Made by a program: the position numbers and the translations under genes | Part shown: positions 25,448-32,814 of the stretch, piece by piece | Numbering within the stretch: the first letter of the stretch is position 1 | Layout: each line of letters begins with the position of its first letter | DNA from: Candidatus Heimdallarchaeota archaeon | GTDB taxonomy: Archaea > Asgardarchaeota > Heimdallarchaeia > Heimdallarchaeales > Heimdallarchaeaceae | Assembly (NCBI GenBank): GCA_019057375.1 | Contig: DXJF01000029.1 | Span: 1-35,389, forward strand | DNA length: 35,389 nt | Direction of reading: 5' to 3' | The notes under the pieces: generated by a model | Databases searched by the model: none | Seen by the model: the letters and a program-made list of their open reading frames with translations, nothing else | What the model was told of the DNA's origin: nothing

Positions 25448-26926
25448 CTAAATGATTTCCAAATCTTTGTTTCTATAGAGTATTTGAGTAATTTTTCGTA
25501 ATTTTGTGTCTTTTTTTGAAATTAGTCTTTCTTGAATTTTAGTTCCGTTTTCTGAAGATAATAAATCTTTTCTAGTAATACACTTTGAATCTTTATCATC
25601 AAAAAAGAATATGTTCTCATAATCAATATTAGAGATTCTATCATTGATTTGATTCAATAAACTTTGATTATTTACGATTTTTGAATTACTCTGAATTATC
25701 TCTTGTTTATAGAATGGAATATCATATAAATTCAGTAATCCATACTTACAAGATAGAAAGACTACATCTAGCAAGAACAACAATTTTTCTTGCTGTTTAT
25801 ATGATAACAACTTCTTAAAAATCTGATTCTTTGAAATATCGGACATAAAAGCAAATGAAAGGTTACAGTTTATTTCATCAAATTCTGGTAGGATAAGAAG
25901 ATATTTTTTATAAAAAGAGAAAATCGAACTATTTAGATAGGAGCGGATCTGCTTGAATCTTAGTTTTCGTTTTTCTTTAATATCCAAATTAAAGATTGTT
26001 TCATAAATTTTTATTAGTGACAAGTAATTATTCAATTCTCTTTTCTTTCCACTTATTTTTCTCAATTTTATAATTTCCTTTTCGATTTTATTAAGTTGGT
26101 TTAAAAGAGTTGAATTATCATCTTTGGAAATATCTAAATGTTTGTTTTTGTCTATTTCAGCTATTGTGATTAACCTATCATGTTTCAATGAATTTAATTT
26201 ACTTGCAGATTTACTATCCATTTCATTTAATTTTTGAAATAACTTATTCAGAAAAGTTTGAGGAACCTGATAGTTAAACACCCAACCCTTATAATCTCCT
26301 CCATATATTTTATTCAACTGAAAAAACTTGTGTCTTTTTGGATGATAGCACCCCAGTAAAAATAGCCAATCATTAGGATATTTTCTTCTAATAGATTCGA
26401 CAACTTCCTTTAAGAAACCTTCATTTTCTACCTTTACATATCTTGCACTATTAATGTTTTTCTTTAGTAATCCTCCAATAGCTATGTAAGTATATCCAAT
26501 ATCTTTTAATCTTTGATAACAACTTAAGTAATCATCTAAATTAGAACCTTGAGCTACACCTACTAACTTAAAATTATATGTAGATTGATTGTAAACTGAA
26601 ATTGCTTCTTTAGCACTCTCTATTGTTGCTGTACTATTCTTAATTGTATCAATTATTATACCATAAGAAGCATGCATATTTTCATAAATAGTAAATAGAT
26701 CAGTATAATTTTCTGGTATACAACCATCTTTAGTAAAAACTCCTGAATCACACATTTTAACAATATTTGGTGCTTTAAAGTTTCTAAACTCTTGTTGAAA
26801 ATTTTTAGAAGTATTTGCATGACCCATTAATCCAATTTTGAATGGAAGTTTGTCTATCTCACAGTACTTCAGTATCTCTAACGACATTTGTCTATCTACC
26901 ACGAAGAACGGAATCATTCTAATCAA
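25448..26926 (-). CDS. Divergent TGT-fold (queuine/archaeosine tRNA-ribosyltransferase-like, DpdA-like) enzyme with a C-terminal DUF6884-like segment
   Basis: TGT motifs in order: D60-SG, IID93, VAQ126G, AIGG152L, FLLG192, GGD211. No CxCxxC Zn site and no PUA domain. C-terminal FLSCKYGLL. Start is TTG 26926 (overlapping the upstream stop) or ATG 26917. Confidence 0.8.
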   Translation of the reverse strand: MIRMIPFFVVDRQMSLEILKYCEIDKLPFKIGLMGHANTSKNFQQEFRNFKAPNIVKMCDSGVFTKDGCIPENYTDLFTIYENMHASYGIIIDTIKNSTATIESAKEAISVYNQSTYNFKLVGVAQGSNLDDYLSCYQRLKDIGYTYIAIGGLLKKNINSARYVKVENEGFLKEVVESIRRKYPNDWLFLLGCYHPKRHKFFQLNKIYGGDYKGWVFNYQVPQTFLNKLFQKLNEMDSKSASKLNSLKHDRLITIAEIDKNKHLDISKDDNSTLLNQLNKIEKEIIKLRKISGKKRELNNYLSLIKIYETIFNLDIKEKRKLRFKQIRSYLNSSIFSFYKKYLLILPEFDEINCNLSFAFMSDISKNQIFKKLLSYKQQEKLLFLLDVVFLSCKYGLLNLYDIPFYKQEIIQSNSKIVNNQSLLNQINDRISNIDYENIFFFDDKDSKCITRKDLLSSENGTKIQERLISKKDTKLRKITQILYRNKDLEII

Positions 26927-27801
26927 AACCTCAAGAAATTCTCGAAAAAATCATTTTCTATTATTTTTGCTTCTTGCCAGAATACATTAAAGAAATCCCT
27001 CCAGAACAAAGCATTTTCACCTAATTGAATGATTCCTGCTTCACCGTTAGTCAAAAAGGATGCTTCTCTAATTTCTCCACTTCCAACATAGGAATATTTA
27101 TTATCAACAACAATGATTTTCTGGTGAATTCCTTCATAGTGAAGTGAATGAGTAGAAGAGTGGTTGGTAATTCTGGACGAATATTCTCTAATCTGGATTC
27201 TAGTTTCCGGATTTGTTTTATTATCATTGTAAATACTAATTAGTTTTCTGAAAGCACGAATCTTTGAAATAAATGGAAATCCATCTCTTTCAATTTCTAA
27301 TATTCCTCTCGTTATTATTTTAATTGAAACTCCTTTGGTAGCTACTACTGAAAAATCATCAATCAAATAGGATAACCCACTACTTTCAAAGAAAGGTAGT
27401 ATCAAACATACTTCTTTTTCTGCAACTCGAAGAAGTAACTTAAAAGCATCAATAAGATTAATTATGTCTACAGACACATATTTCTTTCTAAGTGAATTCA
27501 ATTCTTCAGCAAGAGATAGTGGAAAGTTAATTACTAGTTTATCATTTCCTATTACATCATTAATCATAACATCAGATTTAGGGATTGTCGATTTTATTTT
27601 ATCCAAATCATCTAAATAATATATTTTTGTATTTCCCTGAATTTTTGCACTTATTTTCTTCTGTTTGACTAAATAGTCTAAAAACAAAAGAGCATGGTTA
27701 ACTTCATCTGAATTTAATTTCTCATAAACTTCCTCTTCAGATATAATTTGATTTTGTTCTAATGTTTTAACAAGCCATTTATAAATCTGTTCTATCCTCA
27801 T
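26923..27801 (-). CDS. Single-HKD phospholipase D-family nuclease with an N-terminal wHTH-like domain (DrmC/DpdK-like)
   Basis: H226-Q-K228-IIVV-D233-NKYSYV-GSGE...NGEAG, plus LILPFF and IKIITR. Confidence 0.85.
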   Translation of the reverse strand: MRIEQIYKWLVKTLEQNQIISEEEVYEKLNSDEVNHALLFLDYLVKQKKISAKIQGNTKIYYLDDLDKIKSTIPKSDVMINDVIGNDKLVINFPLSLAEELNSLRKKYVSVDIINLIDAFKLLLRVAEKEVCLILPFFESSGLSYLIDDFSVVATKGVSIKIITRGILEIERDGFPFISKIRAFRKLISIYNDNKTNPETRIQIREYSSRITNHSSTHSLHYEGIHQKIIVVDNKYSYVGSGEIREASFLTNGEAGIIQLGENALFWRDFFNVFWQEAKIIENDFFENFLRF

Positions 27802-29624
27802 TAGCTACCACTTTCCATGTTTTCAAAGGAATATTCCATGAATGATTTTGAAAAACATCTATCTAGAAGAGAGTTGGATGGTAACCATCTTGAAATTTCA
27901 TTAGGCATGAATGGATGGCAATAGAAGTCTTCTATAAATATACAAGCAGGACAAGCACTTTTACACATTTGTCTACAGAAACTTATTTGTTTAGAGAAAT
28001 TTCTAAGCATTTTTTTCATCTCTCCTCCTTGTTTTCCATAGGTTAATTGAACAAGTCCTCCTGAGCTTACATCTTCAAGTTCGTACAAAATAATTGCACA
28101 ATCTTCTAATAGAATCTTACTTCCAAAAATCTCCATACCGATCTGATTTGTTATAGAAGAGAATAATGAATGTTCCAAAGAATGTAATAGAGGAGCTAAA
28201 CCGTTTCCCTTGTAATTATCAAGAACATCTTGAAAATTTTCTTGATTTATATACTCTATTTCTGTTGATACGATTTCTTGATAGCTTTTTGATTCTTCAT
28301 AATTATTCTGATAATTTATAAACTCCTCAATTCTTTGTTTATCAAATTTGAAAACTAGTCCTCTTCCTTTTGTGATTATCACATATGCTCTGTACTTATT
28401 TCTACCATGAACAAAAATATCTGCTAGTTTATCAACTTCAGGTATAATAATTGGATAGGAAGAAGTACCTGACTTATATCCATATATTGAGGAAATTGTT
28501 GTAATTTCAGGTATTGAAAATATATCACTAATTGAGAATAAATCCAATATCATTTTCTTGTTTAAATCTTCTAGTTCATCGGAAAGTTTCCAATAGTACA
28601 TGTCTAAGTCTTTCATTTTTTCATTCTGTTTTTCTAATTCCTCTAAATTTACAATACGATTACCTAAGAAAAGAAAACTCTTAATCAATGGGATATATAA
28701 TGAGGAAGAAGATAGAGATGGTTTCATAATGGAGGAAATGCTCTTTTCTTCATCACTGCTATAAACATGGCATACGCAATTCTTAAACAGTCTAGTTTTG
28801 TAATCACAATTTCTATCAGAACAAAACCAAAAAGAGCCAGAAATGGATTCAGTTTTAAAGAAGTGAAGGTGTCCATTATTACAATTGGGACACTCAATTA
28901 AACTTCCTCTGATATTTTCAACTTTTATTTTTGGTGGTACTAGTTCGTGTACCTCAGTACATCTAGGACAAGCAAAAACATAAGGAAACTGTTCCATCTG
29001 GTTTTTTATGAGTTTTTGATTACACTGCGGGCATGTTTTCACGTTTTTATCTGATATCTGCTTCTTGCAATTGACACAATACGAAGCACAACAAGGGCAG
29101 TTTGTGTTCTCTGTAGTTTCCGGGTCTAGTATTTCATAATGCCCACAGAAGTTACATCGAAAACTCAAGGGAAAAACTTGGGTTTTGAGTGTACTTTCAG
29201 AAGTAATCTCTTTAAGTTCAATTAATGATGGATGAATATGATAATCCTCATCTTCTAACGCAGCACTAGATTCAGTTATTGTTTCTGGTACTTCTCCAAG
29301 TAGTTCCTTTAATTGAGAATCGATTATAGAATAGTCATCAACTTCGGATTCTTCTTCAGTAGAATCTTTTTCCTTTTTTAATTGAAAGAATTCATTTTGT
29401 CTCTGTGCCAATATCTTGAAATGTTCATTTTTTTTCTTAAGTAAAGTACCAATCTCTAATGATAATGATTTCGAAATTTCAGGATTTTCGTATTCAGTTG
29501 TTTGTAATATTTTCTCAGTTCTTATTGAACATAAATCTGTAGTATTTACTGCTTTTTCAAAATACCTGTATAATACTTGCCTCTTAGATAATTGAGATAT
29601 ATTTTTCATTTTAGTTATCCTCAT
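27801..29624 (-). CDS. drmB: DrmB-like DUF1998 (MrfA-type Zn-binding) protein
   Basis: FPLSFRCNFC, EQFPYVFAC, SSSSLYIP...SFL, GRGLVF, LLHSLEHSL, AIILYE...GGLVQL, C...C.SACPAC and NSLLDR follow the DrmB layout. Confidence 0.8.
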   Translation of the reverse strand: MRITKMKNISQLSKRQVLYRYFEKAVNTTDLCSIRTEKILQTTEYENPEISKSLSLEIGTLLKKKNEHFKILAQRQNEFFQLKKEKDSTEEESEVDDYSIIDSQLKELLGEVPETITESSAALEDEDYHIHPSLIELKEITSESTLKTQVFPLSFRCNFCGHYEILDPETTENTNCPCCASYCVNCKKQISDKNVKTCPQCNQKLIKNQMEQFPYVFACPRCTEVHELVPPKIKVENIRGSLIECPNCNNGHLHFFKTESISGSFWFCSDRNCDYKTRLFKNCVCHVYSSDEEKSISSIMKPSLSSSSLYIPLIKSFLFLGNRIVNLEELEKQNEKMKDLDMYYWKLSDELEDLNKKMILDLFSISDIFSIPEITTISSIYGYKSGTSSYPIIIPEVDKLADIFVHGRNKYRAYVIITKGRGLVFKFDKQRIEEFINYQNNYEESKSYQEIVSTEIEYINQENFQDVLDNYKGNGLAPLLHSLEHSLFSSITNQIGMEIFGSKILLEDCAIILYELEDVSSGGLVQLTYGKQGGEMKKMLRNFSKQISFCRQMCKSACPACIFIEDFYCHPFMPNEISRWLPSNSLLDRCFSKSFMEYSFENMESGS

Positions 29625-32600
29625 CTACTTCATTTGCCGTTAATAGATCATCTTCCTCATAGAAAGAAAACATGTAATTTCTCTGTTTTTCCAAAACTTC
29701 ATATAGTTTCACATCAGATATACAAAGAATAACGTCTCTCTCTGTTTTCGCTCTCAAAGAGAATAAAAACTCATCCTCTTCTTTTAAAATATTTGCAATA
29801 TATTGGTTTGGACCTTTTCGAACTCTGAACAATTGAATGTATTTAATAATTCCCTTTCTGATAATCAAAGCAATTTCTCTAATAAGGTCCTTATTAGAAG
29901 AAGATTCGACCATTGCATTTAGAATATCATATTCCAAAGCTTTCTGTCTATTCGAATTAGCTCCAATATTTTTTGTGAAGGAAGGAGCAGTTAATGAGTA
30001 CTGGTTGAATCCTCTGTATGACTGTGCTGCTATTATAGCTTTCATAATATTAGGTAATAATAATCGAGTTGCAAAGGCATTACTCTGTTCAGTCGGTTTA
30101 ACATCAAAATATCCTTTCACATCACTCATAACTGAGTGAAAGTTTTCATACCAAAAAAGATCTCGTGGTATTGATGGTAATAGATGAATTACAACATGTC
30201 CAGGAAATACTCCTCTTCCTGTTCTCCCTGCTGTTTGAACAAATTCAGTCATTGTTCTAGGAACACCTAGCATAATCATGTTATTCAGATTTTCAATATC
30301 AACACCTAAAGAGATGACTAAATTTGCAAGAAGAAGTTTAATATCTCCATTTATGGCTTTTGTTAATATTTCTGATATTTGTACAGTTTTTGAGTCACCA
30401 CTAAGAAAGTCTATCAGGATTTCATATCCGAGATTCTTTCTTGACATATCAATTAGAGCTTTTCGTAAACTGTAACCATCTCTTTTTCTATATAGATATC
30501 CAAGTATAAAATCATAAGCTAGTATATCGTTTTTATTTACGTTATTGATTTTTTGTTTCAATTCCTTAGTCTCATGAAGATCAATAAAAGTATGCATAAG
30601 AGCATTTGAAACAGTAGTTCGACTAGATCTGGAAACTGGAAGAATCAGTACTGTCCTATACCTAACTTTGCTATCATTGATCTTGAAATACTTTGATCGA
30701 TTAGAATCCTTTGGAAATACTGAAATATTGCTGGAACGAGTGATTTTACTTAATAATTCTACATCATTAGCAATAGTTGCAGTTCCGGTTTCAAATGTTA
30801 AATCACTAATAAAACCATCCTTGTAGTACTTATTTCCAATAATTTTATCTGACATTATCTTTAGAGTTTTAAGAAAAACAGATAATAAAATACCAGTTAA
30901 ACCATATAGTGAATGTATTTCATCGAATACAAAATAACCAATGGGTGAGTTTTCTATCTTATCTAAATGTACGTTTTTATTACACTTATTACAAACAATA
31001 GATTCTTTATTCGGGTTCATTAGTGGAATACAAAAACCACAACTGCATCTTTGATAAGAACCACCAAAGAATCTCAAATGCCCTAATTCATAACCAGCAA
31101 CAGTTGCTTCATAAAAAAGTTTATCTGGAGTTGCGATAGTCATTAAAGGGATGTATTCTTCTGCTTCTCCTGTAAGAGCAGTTGGTCTAAACATATAATC
31201 TATGTGATGATCACAATTATCACATACACCAATCATTCGTGAATTGACCAGTTTTGCATGAACTTGGTTTCTAGATTTACATTTAGGACACAAATCATAT
31301 TGAATCATTAGTTGCCCTTCAGTGATATCTGACATCGCTCTGAATAGCGGATCATATTGCCCAATATGTAAACCACCTGTAATTTCATTGTTTTGGAGAT
31401 TCTTTCTTAGATGATAAATAAATGCAGTTAGCCGCTTGAACATGTCTTCATTTAATATTCTCGTTGGAAAAGCTAATACAGACCTTTGTTCTTTTAGTAG
31501 GGAGTGAAGAGCTGCATTAACCATAAATACTATAGTCTTTCCTGTTCCAGTTGGAGCTTTAATAATTGTTACAGATGATTTTTCATCATTTAGTAGTTTT
31601 ATTATTCTATTTTGAATAGCTTCCCACTGAAATGTGTAAAGGTTCTCAATCTGAAAACCATCTTTGGCAGATTTTAAGATATTTTTAATTATTTCAAATG
31701 TATAATCTATTTTTATTTTCTCTAAATGCTCTTTAGTTAGTAAATTCATGTTTTTTAGAAGATTTTCCTTAGATGATATTAAAAGCCCTAAATTAGGTCC
31801 AATTGAAGGTTCTTCTCTAATCATATCAAAAACTCCAAAAGGAAGAATCAATATTTTTCGTAAATCAATTGTCGATTTAGTAAGAACACAATTATATTGT
31901 TCATAGTAGAGTTGTGCATCATCTGTTCCGAGATTATTATCTCTAGAAGAAGCTCGAAGCTGAGATTTTAGTACTTCAGCATGCTGTTGAGGAGGTATGA
32001 TAAAATTTGAATTTACTACTGAAATATCCAAAAAAGGAAGAATCAGAATTGAGGTTCTCCATTTTAATTCATCGGGAAATCTATGAGGTTTAACATCAAT
32101 ATCAGTTTCATTAACTAAAGAGATTTCTATTCTGATAGAATTATCAACATTCTTTTTCTTTATGATTCTTAATACAAGCTTAACATTAGCTTGACCTGAA
32201 ATCAAATCGACAAAAGCTAGATCATCTAAGGATTTGATTGTCTCTACAGTTTTTTCAATAGATATCGTTTCTACTATCTCACCTTCTTCTTCCTTTGCGA
32301 GTTCGTCGATTTTTATTTCATAATCAAATTCATAATTATCTGGTGATACACTTTTAATCATAAATTTACCATTGTCTAGCAATTGATAATTTTCACCATT
32401 AATTTCTAAATTACTGAATTCATCAGGTAAGTCTATTTGGGGATTACTGAGATATCGTTTCTGTGTGGATGTTTTAGTTTTCCTATATTCTCCGTATCTA
32501 AGATACTTCACAATACCAAATCCCCCTTTTATTTTGAGAATCACATCTTGATTTTTTTCAATGTGAAAATTACACATTACATTTGGAGGATATCTCCAAG

Positions 32601-32814
32601 CTTGGTTTTTCTTAAAAATATTTAAATCCCGAGGTACAAGTATATTTGAATCAGATGAATACCTCAATAATTCATTATTTCTATAAGTAACATTTGAAAT
32701 CTGTTTTGTAGATATTTCATTCAACAATTCTTTATCATCAGTTTGAGGTACTAAGTGTTGCATTAATTCTTTAATTCGATCCTCTAAACTGGAAGTTATT
32801 TTTGTTATTTTCAT
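29611..32814 (-). CDS. drmA: DrmA-like superfamily 2 helicase
   Basis: YTFQWEAI, APTGTGKT, PTRILNEDMFKRL, GLHIG, IATPDKL, DEIH, GTAT, LANLVISLGVDI, GVPRTMTEFVQTAGRTGR and PRDLFWYENF match DrmA-type motif spacing. Confidence 0.85.
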   Translation of the reverse strand: MKITKITSSLEDRIKELMQHLVPQTDDKELLNEISTKQISNVTYRNNELLRYSSDSNILVPRDLNIFKKNQAWRYPPNVMCNFHIEKNQDVILKIKGGFGIVKYLRYGEYRKTKTSTQKRYLSNPQIDLPDEFSNLEINGENYQLLDNGKFMIKSVSPDNYEFDYEIKIDELAKEEEGEIVETISIEKTVETIKSLDDLAFVDLISGQANVKLVLRIIKKKNVDNSIRIEISLVNETDIDVKPHRFPDELKWRTSILILPFLDISVVNSNFIIPPQQHAEVLKSQLRASSRDNNLGTDDAQLYYEQYNCVLTKSTIDLRKILILPFGVFDMIREEPSIGPNLGLLISSKENLLKNMNLLTKEHLEKIKIDYTFEIIKNILKSAKDGFQIENLYTFQWEAIQNRIIKLLNDEKSSVTIIKAPTGTGKTIVFMVNAALHSLLKEQRSVLAFPTRILNEDMFKRLTAFIYHLRKNLQNNEITGGLHIGQYDPLFRAMSDITEGQLMIQYDLCPKCKSRNQVHAKLVNSRMIGVCDNCDHHIDYMFRPTALTGEAEEYIPLMTIATPDKLFYEATVAGYELGHLRFFGGSYQRCSCGFCIPLMNPNKESIVCNKCNKNVHLDKIENSPIGYFVFDEIHSLYGLTGILLSVFLKTLKIMSDKIIGNKYYKDGFISDLTFETGTATIANDVELLSKITRSSNISVFPKDSNRSKYFKINDSKVRYRTVLILPVSRSSRTTVSNALMHTFIDLHETKELKQKINNVNKNDILAYDFILGYLYRKRDGYSLRKALIDMSRKNLGYEILIDFLSGDSKTVQISEILTKAINGDIKLLLANLVISLGVDIENLNNMIMLGVPRTMTEFVQTAGRTGRGVFPGHVVIHLLPSIPRDLFWYENFHSVMSDVKGYFDVKPTEQSNAFATRLLLPNIMKAIIAAQSYRGFNQYSLTAPSFTKNIGANSNRQKALEYDILNAMVESSSNKDLIREIALIIRKGIIKYIQLFRVRKGPNQYIANILKEEDEFLFSLRAKTERDVILCISDVKLYEVLEKQRNYMFSFYEEDDLLTANEVDEDN

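Noticed and set aside
25448-26926. Calling the TGT-fold gene the housekeeping archaeosine tRNA-guanine transglycosylase (tgtA)
   Set aside because: It has no Zn-binding motif and no PUA domain, has a different C-terminus, and is embedded in a helicase/nuclease operon.
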